Under the pieces are notes generated by a model, which saw nothing but the letters and a program-made list of their open reading frames with translations, was not told where the DNA came from and searched no databases. The position numbers and the translations under genes were made by a program. A DNA stretch of 58,933 nucleotides from Myxococcaceae bacterium (lineage in GTDB: Bacteria > Myxococcota > UBA727 > JABDBI01). Shown here piece after piece: positions 15,978-24,698 of this stretch (its first letter is position 1; the number at the start of each line of letters is the position of its first letter). Location: assembly GCA_037134495.1 (NCBI GenBank), contig JBAXMC010000001.1:1-58933 (forward strand), in the 5' to 3' direction.

Positions 15978-16829
15978 TTACAAAAACGAACTCACCTGTA
16001 CGCCATGACCTGTTAGCACAATATCGATTTTTCCCTGGGTTCCTGTATCCCAGGTTTTGGCTTTTGCCATTTCCCAACGCTCTTTGATGATTGGGTTTGG
16101 GAAACCAAAATTATTTTCTGCTTGTGTACAAAAAATAACATGTTGAGGCGATACTGTTTTGACAAGATGCTCAGACGAAGAACTCTTAGAACCATGGTGA
16201 GGCGCTTTCAAAACGCTTGCTTTCCAGCTAGGCAACGCTTGTGTTTCTCGAATGCTTTCTAGATCGCCCGGCCATAAAGCACTATCGTTTCCCATAACTA
16301 TTTTTACAACCATGCTGTTGTTATTGGTTGACTGTTTTGAATCAAAATGAGTGGGCGCCAGCACCCAAACTCGACTGTCTCCGAAAGCATGTTCTCCTAG
16401 TAATTCAGGGATTTTTTTGACTAAAATCTTTCTTTGCTCTGCCAAGTTCAGCAATTTTGCCATCAAAAAATGGCTCTTATCAAATCCACTGTGCCAGATT
16501 TCTTTTACTTTGAGTTCTTCAATCACTCGAAAAAAACCCATAATGTGATCACCATCGGGATGCGACAAAACCAAGACATCTATTGTTGAAATCTGTTTGC
16601 GCTTTAAAAAACTCAGCAAGTACTCTTCTTTGGGTCCAGCATCAATGAGCATCACTTGCCCATTAGGAAACTCAAAGAGACTTGAATCACCCTGACCCGC
16701 CGGCAAAACCGTAATATAAACTCCAGAAGATCCTTCAAATAGTTTTGGGCCTAAAAAACAAACTAAGAGCAAGAATATAGCCAGCAGTCTGTATGCCTGA
16801 GGGCGGAGCCAACCTCCAATATCCACCAA
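15978..16829 (-). CDS. comEC: ComEC/Rec2 C-terminal part (metallo-beta-lactamase domain); overlaps the upstream part in another frame
   Basis: YITVLPAGQGDSSLFEFPNGQVMLIDAG, VLVLSHPDGDH and APHHGS are the ComEC MBL-domain motifs. The only possible starts are TTG or GTG. Confidence 0.7.
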   Translation of the reverse strand: MVDIGGWLRPQAYRLLAIFLLLVCFLGPKLFEGSSGVYITVLPAGQGDSSLFEFPNGQVMLIDAGPKEEYLLSFLKRKQISTIDVLVLSHPDGDHIMGFFRVIEELKVKEIWHSGFDKSHFLMAKLLNLAEQRKILVKKIPELLGEHAFGDSRVWVLAPTHFDSKQSTNNNSMVVKIVMGNDSALWPGDLESIRETQALPSWKASVLKAPHHGSKSSSSEHLVKTVSPQHVIFCTQAENNFGFPNPIIKERWEMAKAKTWDTGTQGKIDIVLTGHGVQVSSFL

Positions 16830-18102
16830 TATAATCTCCTAAAGCTTCACACAAAGCCTCAATCATGCCAGCCAAATACGCAGCCTCATGGACAAAACCA
16901 ATCACCGACAAAAAGATCGCTGGGGTTTGCAAGAATACTGCGATGGGCACCAAAACGAGGTTAGCGAGTAACCCACCCAGGGCCAGCATCCCAAAATAAT
17001 AAGCCGATAGAGGCAGCGTCATGATGCCTGCCCCTAAAGAACCTCCGATTAAGATTCCAAAAATAGCCAAGTAAGACAGCGTAAAACTCGGATCCAAAAT
17101 AGCTTCTGGAGTTACAATCACCGTTATAAAGCCAGCAATTCCAAAAGAATCGATCATCGCAACTGGTTTGTTTAATAAGAGCCCTAGCAAAATCACGGAA
17201 CTCATAAAAGCTGAACGAACAGCAGAGGCAGAACTCCCCGACAAAATAACAAATGCCCAAATCGACAACAGTGTCAAAATAACAGCTGGAACCCTGGCCC
17301 TAGAGAGTCTGCCAAACCATGGAATCAGCAACAAAATAAATCTGAAAAAATAGAAAAACAAAAACGACAGACAACTCACTTGCAGACCACTGACAGCCAA
17401 TAAGTGCCCTGCTCCAACAAGTTGATAGATTTCTTTTTGTTCTTGTTCAAAAAAAGCCGTATCTCCAATGGTCAATGCCAATAAAACACTCGCTTCACGA
17501 GGTGTTCCTAAATGCGTCCAATGTTCTCTCAGGTGCTGCCTGAGCTGCGCCCAATAATTAGTTTCTACCTGAGTTTGCAATATTCTTATTTTAAACGGAC
17601 TGCTCACAGAGATTCTGCCTTCAAAGTGCCTTGCAACGCCGAACCAATAAGAGTCAAATTCTCCGGGTGCCATGGCATGCTGCAAGTGTTTTATTTTGCC
17701 TTGGATTCTGATTCGGTCTCCTTGTTTTACAGGCATCAGTGCTGCGCCATCTCTCAAAGAAACCTTCAGCCTAAATCCAGGGTCAGCTCTGAGTTGCAAC
17801 TTTTTGCCATCCAATAAGCTCGGGGCAGACTCTTCAACAATGCCTTCTATGTAGCCAAACTCAGATGGAATCCGAGCTTCTCTGATTTTGAAATCTACGA
17901 GTTTTTTTTGAGCCAAAGAAGCTGCCAGAAGAAATCCACAACTTAAAATCAAAAGAGCTTTGACGATTTTAGAAGACAGAAACAGAGCCAGCAGACCCAA
18001 AATCCCGGTTAAAAATAATCCAAGCAGCCAATTGAAAGAGCAAAAAAATCCAGCATAGCCACCTGCTAAGACACAGGCAAAAAGGACAAGTCCTGGAGTC
18101 AC
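16735..18102 (-). CDS. comEC: ComEC/Rec2 N-terminal part (DUF4131-like region plus the competence membrane domain)
   Basis: Polytopic membrane protein with ComEC-like stretches (LLALTIGD, GAGHLLAVSGLQV, SAVRSAFM). Its start overlaps the stop of the kinase gene. Confidence 0.75.
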   Translation of the reverse strand: MTPGLVLFACVLAGGYAGFFCSFNWLLGLFLTGILGLLALFLSSKIVKALLILSCGFLLAASLAQKKLVDFKIREARIPSEFGYIEGIVEESAPSLLDGKKLQLRADPGFRLKVSLRDGAALMPVKQGDRIRIQGKIKHLQHAMAPGEFDSYWFGVARHFEGRISVSSPFKIRILQTQVETNYWAQLRQHLREHWTHLGTPREASVLLALTIGDTAFFEQEQKEIYQLVGAGHLLAVSGLQVSCLSFLFFYFFRFILLLIPWFGRLSRARVPAVILTLLSIWAFVILSGSSASAVRSAFMSSVILLGLLLNKPVAMIDSFGIAGFITVIVTPEAILDPSFTLSYLAIFGILIGGSLGAGIMTLPLSAYYFGMLALGGLLANLVLVPIAVFLQTPAIFLSVIGFVHEAAYLAGMIEALCEALGDYIGGYWRLAPPSGIQTAGYILALSLFFRPKTI

Positions 18103-19307
18103 CAGTTTTGTCTCAACAACGTATCCTGATCTGACTTAATGATAACGGCTCTCGAAACATGTTTCGAGATTTCTGGGTTCTCGAGATCAACTTGATAAGT
18201 TCCCTCAGGCAAAGTTTTCGTTGCCATCGGGGTTGCTCCGACATAATCGCCATTAATATACACTCTTGCCCAAGGCGTAGCAAAAATCTTCAATCTACCT
18301 AAAGCAACTTTTTGTACGGGTGCAAACTGTTGCTGTTCAAAGCCGAGCCCAGAAAATGCAAAAACAAGCGCTCCGAAGGCTGCTGCTAAAAAATTATTTT
18401 TATGAGCTTTAATTTGTGTAGCTTCCGTTAAGATCTGATTTCTGGGTCTAGGAAGATTTCTCATGAAATCTGCTACTTCTTTGCTTTCGGCCATTTGGTT
18501 CTTTTTTTGCGCATACTCAAAGAGAGCTTCTCGAAATTGTTCGCAGCTCTGAAAACGATTCTCTTTTTGCTTCGCCAAAGCTCTGAGAATAATCTGACCC
18601 AATTCAGGATCCATGTTTTCAGGGATTTGGACTTCGCACTGAGCGATTGCCTGAAGCGTTAGCATATCACTGCTGCGTTTGAACAATCTTGTTCGCGTTG
18701 ATAACTCGAACAAGATAACTCCCATTGAAAAAATATCGCTATGAATCGATATTTTCCCCCCAGAAGCCTGCTCCGGAGACATATAACTGTATTTTCCCTT
18801 CAAAACACCTGTTATTGTCTCGGCCGATCGTTCTTCGTATTTTGAAATCCCAAAATCGAGTAATTTGACTTTACCGCTGTAAGTCAGCATCCAATTTTGA
18901 GGCGAAATATCTCGGTGAACAATTTTTGAATTATGCACATAGGAGAGTCCAGAAAGGGCCTCTAAAAATAGATAATTCACAATTGATTGAGGAACAAAGT
19001 GCTGCGAAATCGTCCTCCAATCATAGCCCTCTAAATATTCCATCACCACATAGTTCGTATGCGCCTCTAAAACTCGGACGATATTTTCATGCTGAAGACT
19101 AGACAAAATCTGCAATTCTTCTCGAAACATGCGCAAATACTCTGTCTGAGAAGCCAAATGAGGCAGGATTTTTTTGATAACAACAGGCTTTCTGCTTAAG
19201 TCATAAGCCAAAAAGACCTCTGCCATGCCACCTGTGGCGATTTTCCTATCTAAAACATAGTCTCTCACAGCCACAAAACAGATGAACGGGCCAAGATTCT
19301 TCCACAA
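18099..19307 (-). CDS. Hanks-type Ser/Thr protein kinase with a TM segment and a C-terminal PEGA domain
   Basis: GGMAEVFLA, VVIKKI, HRDISPQNWML, DFGIS, YMSPEQ. The C-terminus (LKIFATPWARVYINGDYVGATP...LPEGTYQVDL) is PEGA-like. TTG start, so the 5' end is uncertain. Confidence 0.85.
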   Translation of the reverse strand: MWKNLGPFICFVAVRDYVLDRKIATGGMAEVFLAYDLSRKPVVIKKILPHLASQTEYLRMFREELQILSSLQHENIVRVLEAHTNYVVMEYLEGYDWRTISQHFVPQSIVNYLFLEALSGLSYVHNSKIVHRDISPQNWMLTYSGKVKLLDFGISKYEERSAETITGVLKGKYSYMSPEQASGGKISIHSDIFSMGVILFELSTRTRLFKRSSDMLTLQAIAQCEVQIPENMDPELGQIILRALAKQKENRFQSCEQFREALFEYAQKKNQMAESKEVADFMRNLPRPRNQILTEATQIKAHKNNFLAAAFGALVFAFSGLGFEQQQFAPVQKVALGRLKIFATPWARVYINGDYVGATPMATKTLPEGTYQVDLENPEISKHVSRAVIIKSDQDTLLRQNW

Positions 19308-19364
19308 TTGCTTTAATTCCCCCCTGTTTACTTTTAAAACAATTGTAAATACTGTTTTAAAACT

Positions 19365-20261
19365 ATGAAATTATTGATCATGTTATTTGTTTCAAAAACA
19401 CTTTTTTCTTTAGAAATTGATGAAGTAAGATCAAACCTGGCAAACATCAGAATAAACCTCGAGTCTGAAAGTTTAACTTCTCAAAATAAAAACGAAGAAA
19501 GAACTCGCTTGTTTCAGATGTTTAAAAGATTTACAGAAGAGCTTGACCGTTGGGACGACGAGTATTTAAACGTTATCAATGACATATTAAATGATCTTTC
19601 CGATTTGTTGCTTGACAGCACCATGCCGTACACCCAAGAAACTCTGAATCAATTGATCGCTACATTAGAGGGGTATTTGATATTTGGAGATGCTCAGCAA
19701 CCTCTTGCGCCAGCTGCTCTCAATCTATTACGCAGAACTCATGAAGTAGCAGTTGGGTTAGATTCACCGAGACATCTCGGAATCCTTGCAAGACTTATCG
19801 CAGAGGGTAGACCAGAGCTAACAGCTCTTTTCAATGAGCTCCAAGAAGCTGAAATGATAAAAACGCTAAGAAATCAGATTTTAGCACTTGCTCAAGAACT
19901 GAGAACAGCTATGGAAACCGATTTTCCTGCGCTGGAAAACAACAACCCAAATCAAAGACTTCCTCAAGATAATCGCGAACGAATCACGTTGATTACCAGA
20001 ATCGTGGCGCGCTTGGCTCAGCTACAAAATGACGTACGAGGACTTCCTGGACTTGAGCAGCATCTCCAAAATCTCATTAGAATGTTAGCACAGGGCACTC
20101 ATCGTTTAGAAGACGCAGAAAGAAATCAAGTGATTGAGTTGATTCAAGCAAGGCTGCACAGAAATTTATGGGAACCGCTCAACATTGAAGATTATCGTCC
20201 GCTTCGCATCACGCATGTTCAATATGCACAAGTTGCATCCAGCATGAGAATGATGCGTTAA
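19365..20261 (+). CDS. Hypothetical exported alpha-helical protein (298 aa)
   Basis: N-terminal hydrophobic signal-like segment and Leu/Glu/Arg/Asn-rich helical composition. No motif recognised. Confidence 0.5.
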   Translation: MKLLIMLFVSKTLFSLEIDEVRSNLANIRINLESESLTSQNKNEERTRLFQMFKRFTEELDRWDDEYLNVINDILNDLSDLLLDSTMPYTQETLNQLIATLEGYLIFGDAQQPLAPAALNLLRRTHEVAVGLDSPRHLGILARLIAEGRPELTALFNELQEAEMIKTLRNQILALAQELRTAMETDFPALENNNPNQRLPQDNRERITLITRIVARLAQLQNDVRGLPGLEQHLQNLIRMLAQGTHRLEDAERNQVIELIQARLHRNLWEPLNIEDYRPLRITHVQYAQVASSMRMMR

Positions 20262-20305
20262 GACAGGGTTGATTTTCGAGGACAATGTTCTATATCTGAG
20301 CCCCT

Positions 20306-20995
20306 ATGAAATGGATATGGACGATGTGTTTTTTCTCTTTCTCCCTTTTTGCTGGGTTTGAAGAATTTCAGATTGCAAAAAGGCGAATCCTGGAACAAAT
20401 AGCATCGGTACAAGCAACTTTGGAACTTTGCATCCCTCTTAAAGATGACTCTGATAAGATAATAGAACAAGAAAACGATTGTAGAAGAGCGGATCTTCTA
20501 CTCCTAGAGCGGCTTCAAAATGAGTTGAGAATGCTTAACAAATTTGATGATCCTCTTGACGATATTGCAGACCTCCAAAAACGTTTGAAAACTTCGCTTG
20601 AGCGGCACGGCGAATTGCTCATGAACGAAATAAGATTGCCGCTGGATAAAAGAGCATTGCTGAATGACAAGGTAAAAGAACTCAAAAAGATAATTAAAGA
20701 GGCACAAGAGAAATCTGAGCTTTTCAATCGAAAGCATGCTGAACACCTTGATCGACATTATCGAAACCTCGATGATGATGACGAATATACCCCTGACGCC
20801 TATGAAGATGTCAACGAACTAGCGAGAGCACGAGATCTTGCCATAGAAACGCGCAATCTCGCCATAGAAGAACTCAGAAATACCGAGCAACAAATCGCCG
20901 AGCTAGGCCCCCAAGAGACTGAAGTTGACATCACGCAACAAAACAGAGAAAAGATGAGCCATGAATCTCTATTTCGTTATTTTGGGGCGTCTTGA
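20306..20995 (+). CDS. Hypothetical exported coiled-coil protein (229 aa)
   Basis: Signal-like N-terminus (MKWIWTMCFFSFSLFAG) and a highly charged helical sequence. No motif recognised. Confidence 0.5.
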   Translation: MKWIWTMCFFSFSLFAGFEEFQIAKRRILEQIASVQATLELCIPLKDDSDKIIEQENDCRRADLLLLERLQNELRMLNKFDDPLDDIADLQKRLKTSLERHGELLMNEIRLPLDKRALLNDKVKELKKIIKEAQEKSELFNRKHAEHLDRHYRNLDDDDEYTPDAYEDVNELARARDLAIETRNLAIEELRNTEQQIAELGPQETEVDITQQNREKMSHESLFRYFGAS

Positions 20996-21233
20996 AGGTT
21001 TATCTTTTTTGACCCTACTGTTTTTCGCCATGCCTATGAAGTATGCCGCACAAGACCCGTATTACGTCAAACTTCTAGGTCCTGTTCATGGCTTCTTGTT
21101 CTTAGGCTATTGCGCGCTTGCTTTCTATTTAGCGCTTGAACACAAATGGTCGCTGAAACAGCATCTACTTGCTTATGCTGCAGCCGTGTTACCTTTTGGA
21201 ACATTCATATTTGAAAAAAAGTACAAAATTTGA
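20961..21233 (+). CDS. DUF3817-family small membrane protein
   Basis: RLEGLSFLTLLFFAMPMKY...GPVHGFLFLGYCALAF...LLAYAAAVLPFGTF matches the DUF3817 pattern as I recall it. Confidence 0.65.
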   Translation: MNLYFVILGRLEGLSFLTLLFFAMPMKYAAQDPYYVKLLGPVHGFLFLGYCALAFYLALEHKWSLKQHLLAYAAAVLPFGTFIFEKKYKI

Positions 21234-21288
21234 CTTTATAGGCAATTTGACGTACTATTTATTCACAGTAATACGTACAGGAGGGTCT

Positions 21289-21540
21289 ATGCAAACCAAA
21301 CTTACTTTGCGTTTAGAAGCAGACTTAATAGAAGAAGCCAAGAAATATGCCGCAAAAGCAGGAAAATCAATTTCTCAAATGGTGGCTGAATATTTTGGAT
21401 TCTTAACTTCAAAAACACAACATTCCATTGTGACGGATATGAATCTGCCTCCCGTGACACGTCAGCTCAAAGGCTTGCTTCGCGCTAAAAAAGTACATGC
21501 GAAAGATTATCTGGAACATCTTGAGAACAAGTATCTATGA
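21289..21540 (+). CDS. vapB: Type II antitoxin (VapB-like, ribbon-helix-helix/DUF6364-like)
   Basis: The ATG at 21289 has a GGAGGG RBS. The sequence starts MQTKLTLRLEADLIEEAKKYAAKAGKSISQMV. The stop overlaps the PIN gene start (ATGA). The track start at 21169 is an unsupported extension. Confidence 0.7.
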   Translation: MQTKLTLRLEADLIEEAKKYAAKAGKSISQMVAEYFGFLTSKTQHSIVTDMNLPPVTRQLKGLLRAKKVHAKDYLEHLENKYL

Positions 21541-21950
21541 AAGTCATGTTAGACACCAATGTGGTTTTAGATCATTTGCTAGATCGAAAGCCATTTGCTC
21601 AATTCTCTGCTGCGATTTTTTCAGAAATTGAGAAAGGTGCAATCAGAGGTGTCATAGGCGCCACAACAGTTACCACAATTCACTATTTGGTCTCGAAGGC
21701 ACTAGGTCAGACAAGCGCCATCAACACTGTTAAATTGCTACTCAGACTTTTTGAAGCAGCACCCATCAATCACCTCGTATTAAGCGGAGCTTTGGAAATC
21801 GCTTCAAAAGATTTCGAAGATGCCGTACTCATAGAAGCCGGATTACATGTTGGAGTGACTGCAATTATAACTCGTGACAGACACGGGTTTTCTCATTCTC
21901 CGATATCCGTATTTTCACCCAACGAGTTTTTACGGACTCTTAAAGGTTGA
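21537..21950 (+). CDS. vapC: PIN-domain toxin (VapC family)
   Basis: VMLDTNVVLDHL (first acidic residue), FEDAVLIEAG, and ITRD near the C-terminus. About 137 aa and coupled to the antitoxin. Confidence 0.8.
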   Translation: MKVMLDTNVVLDHLLDRKPFAQFSAAIFSEIEKGAIRGVIGATTVTTIHYLVSKALGQTSAINTVKLLLRLFEAAPINHLVLSGALEIASKDFEDAVLIEAGLHVGVTAIITRDRHGFSHSPISVFSPNEFLRTLKG

Positions 21951-21960
21951 GGAAGCAAGC

Positions 21961-23211
21961 ATGCTCAAAGGTTCTCCCAAAATTCCTGGAGACAAATCTA
22001 TTTCACATCGAGCACTTATTTTAAGTGCTTTGGCCGAAGGCAAGAGTGAAATATCTTACTTATTAGACAGCGCCGATGTTAACTCTACTTGGAGCTGCTT
22101 AGAAGCCTTAGGTGTTTCTATTAAAAAACACGGTAAGAAAATTTGGGTCCAAGGTCTCGGTTTAGATTCGCTTAAACAAGCTTCAGGAAAATTAGACTGC
22201 GGAAATTCCGGCACAACACTGCGACTCCTCATGGGGGTCTTGGCTGGTCAGAAATTTGACAGTGTCTTAGTAGGCGATACCTCTTTGTCAAAAAGACCTA
22301 TGAACCGAGTGGCTGAGCCGCTCAGAACGATGGGCGCTGAGATCTCTCTCTCAAACCAGAACTACGCTCCTGTAAATATCAAAGGCAGCTCTCTTAAAGC
22401 AACCCATTACGAACTTCCGATTGCCAGCGCCCAAGTCAAATCAGCCATTATGCTCGCTGCTTTGTTCTGTCCAGAGACAACAAGAATCTCTGGATTAATT
22501 CATAGCCGCGATCACAGTGAACGCATGTTTGATTTATTCGGCGCTGATATCAAAATAAGCTCATCAGAAATTTTAGTCACCGGCAACAAAGCTCTCATCT
22601 CTAGAGATTTAAGAGTTCCGGGCGACCCTTCTACGGCAGCCTTTTGGATGGCAGCAGCGGCGATTGTTCCTGGTTCTGAAATTACACTCCGAGATATTTC
22701 ACTCAATCCTACGCGACTCGGATTTTTGAGAGTGCTCGAGAAAATGGGTGCTCATATCGAAACAGAAGTGAGTGTTCTAGGACCTGAACCCATGGGGCAC
22801 GTTTTCATCAAGTATTCTAATCTGAAAGCCATCTCTGTCGCTCCCAGCGAAGTTCCAAGCCTCATAGATGAAATCCCTATTTTGGCCATCGTTTGCACAC
22901 AAGCTCATGGAACCAGTGAAATCCGAGGAGCAGAAGAACTCAAAGTTAAAGAAAGCGATCGTTTAAACGCTATCGCACAAAACTTATCAGCTATGGGCGT
23001 GAAGCTCGAATTATTGCCTGACGGATTTCGAATCACGGGACCTCAAAAACTAAAGGGCGCCGTGATACAAAGTCACGATGATCATAGAATTGCCATGGCA
23101 TTTTCGATTGCTGGCTTACTTGCCAAAGAACCTACTGAAATAGTAAACCCAGAGTGTGTCTCGATTTCTTACCCGCACTTCTTTGACGCCTTGAGAGACT
23201 TAAATCAATGA
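21961..23211 (+). CDS. aroA: 3-phosphoshikimate 1-carboxyvinyltransferase (EPSP synthase)
   Basis: PGDKSISHRALIL, LDCGNSGTTLRLLMG, KESDRL, DHRIAMAF. ATG at 21961. The track start at 21874 overlaps vapC and is rejected. Confidence 0.93.
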   Translation: MLKGSPKIPGDKSISHRALILSALAEGKSEISYLLDSADVNSTWSCLEALGVSIKKHGKKIWVQGLGLDSLKQASGKLDCGNSGTTLRLLMGVLAGQKFDSVLVGDTSLSKRPMNRVAEPLRTMGAEISLSNQNYAPVNIKGSSLKATHYELPIASAQVKSAIMLAALFCPETTRISGLIHSRDHSERMFDLFGADIKISSSEILVTGNKALISRDLRVPGDPSTAAFWMAAAAIVPGSEITLRDISLNPTRLGFLRVLEKMGAHIETEVSVLGPEPMGHVFIKYSNLKAISVAPSEVPSLIDEIPILAIVCTQAHGTSEIRGAEELKVKESDRLNAIAQNLSAMGVKLELLPDGFRITGPQKLKGAVIQSHDDHRIAMAFSIAGLLAKEPTEIVNPECVSISYPHFFDALRDLNQ

Positions 23212-24533
23212 AAACCTGGAAACCTGATAGTTGGAGAAGTAAGAAAATCTCACAGCTTCCAACCTACCCTGATCTCAAAAAACTAACCCAAATTGAACAA
23301 CGACTGTCCACTTATCCACCTCTTGTTTTTGCCGGAGAAACCGAGCGTCTTAAAACTCGGCTGGCAGATGTTGCTGCTGGTAATGGATTTTTATTACACG
23401 GCGGAGACTGTGCAGAAAGTTTTGCTGATCTAAATACAAATACTCTGCAGGCTAATTTTAAAATTTTACTCCAAATGGCCATTATTTTGACCTATGCGCT
23501 CAAAAAGCACATCGTTAAGATAGGAAGAACAGCAGGCCAGTTTGCAAAACCAAGATCCAGCGATACAGAAACTCGAGATGGCGTCACTTTGCCTTCTTAT
23601 CGAGGCGATATTATTAATGGGTTTGAATTCGAGAAAAACGCTCGAATACCTGACCCAGACAGAATGGAACGCGCCTATTTTCATGCCGCAGCGACCCTCA
23701 ATTTAATGCGTGCTTTTGCACAAGGTGGTTTTGCAGACTTAGAACAAATACACGCTTGGAATTTGGACTTCATCGAAAAAAGCCCACAAGGTCAGCACTA
23801 TAAAGAAATCACCCATAGAGTTCAGGAATCCATGAGCTTTATGAATGCTCTTGGAATCAACGGCAAAAATTACAGTCAAATTCGAGAAATCGAGTTTTAC
23901 ACTTCTCATGAATCGCTCTTATTGCCCTATGAGCAAGCACTGACACGTCAAGACTCTGGAAATTGGTATGACTGCTCTGCGCATTTATTGTGGATCGGTG
24001 AAAGAACACGGCAATTAGACAGCGCACATATCGAATTTTTAAGAGGCGTCTCGAATCCTATTGGTCTTAAGTGCAGCTCGCAGTTAGATCCAGATGAGTT
24101 AATTAGATTGATTGATCTCTTAAACCCTCAAAATAATCCAGGACGACTCACGCTGATTACGCGTTTTGGTCACGAAAAGATCGAGGAATTCCTGCCTGGC
24201 ATGATCAAAAAAATCCAAGCTGAAGGCAAACAAGTAGTTTGGTGCTGCGACCCTATGCATGGCAATACACTCGCTGCTTCGAATGGCTATAAAACTCGGA
24301 ACTTCCAACATGTTTTAAATGAAGCTCAAAAATTTCTAGCTATCCATGAAGCCCAAGGCAGCTATGCAGGTGGTGTCCATTTCGAAATGACCGGCAGCAA
24401 CGTCGTTGAATGCGTGGGAGGAGATCAAGAGATCACGGAAGACCATTTGAGTTCTGGACTCTATGAAACACTTTGTGATCCTAGACTCAACGCAAACCAG
24501 GCTTTGGAACTGGCTTTTAAGCTGATTGCTTGA
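23208..24533 (+). CDS. 3-deoxy-7-phosphoheptulonate (DAHP) synthase, class II
   Basis: Length of ~440 aa with class II motifs (GDCAESF, RTAGQFAKPRS, WIGERTR, CDPMHGNT). ATGA overlap with aroA. Confidence 0.88.
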   Translation: MKTWKPDSWRSKKISQLPTYPDLKKLTQIEQRLSTYPPLVFAGETERLKTRLADVAAGNGFLLHGGDCAESFADLNTNTLQANFKILLQMAIILTYALKKHIVKIGRTAGQFAKPRSSDTETRDGVTLPSYRGDIINGFEFEKNARIPDPDRMERAYFHAAATLNLMRAFAQGGFADLEQIHAWNLDFIEKSPQGQHYKEITHRVQESMSFMNALGINGKNYSQIREIEFYTSHESLLLPYEQALTRQDSGNWYDCSAHLLWIGERTRQLDSAHIEFLRGVSNPIGLKCSSQLDPDELIRLIDLLNPQNNPGRLTLITRFGHEKIEEFLPGMIKKIQAEGKQVVWCCDPMHGNTLAASNGYKTRNFQHVLNEAQKFLAIHEAQGSYAGGVHFEMTGSNVVECVGGDQEITEDHLSSGLYETLCDPRLNANQALELAFKLIA

Positions 24534-24698
24534 TTTTGGGAATAAAAGAACAGATCACCCCAATTTGAAGCATTCAAGACCCGTTGCGCACAAATTTAAA
24601 TAAATTATTTTTTCGTTTGTTTATTTAGGGGCTTGCCCTGATCTATGAATTCCAGGCTTGCCTAATCCGTTTGGGTACTGCTACATCCTTTGAAACCT

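Noticed and set aside
19321-19363. Two copies of CTGTTT..TTTTAAAAC (19332-19340 and 19355-19363) in the divergent promoter region between the PEGA kinase and the 298-aa gene.
   Set aside because: The repeat is short and AT-rich, and could easily arise by chance in an AT-rich spacer. There is no second locus for comparison.
21874-21960. Long 5' extensions in the ORF track: aroA from 21874, vapB from 21169, nuoI from 36441, nuoF from 32206, tgt from 4672, and the wHTH gene from 31574.
   Set aside because: The extensions overlap the preceding gene or use TTG or GTG codons. Internal ATGs give N-termini that match the family pattern, often with an RBS or a coupling overlap.
24534-24698. Possible oriC immediately upstream of dnaA.
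   Set aside because: The region is only ~165 nt and I saw no DnaA-box-like 9-mers. There is only an AT-rich stretch. That is not enough to call an origin, so it is kept as a low-interest finding instead.
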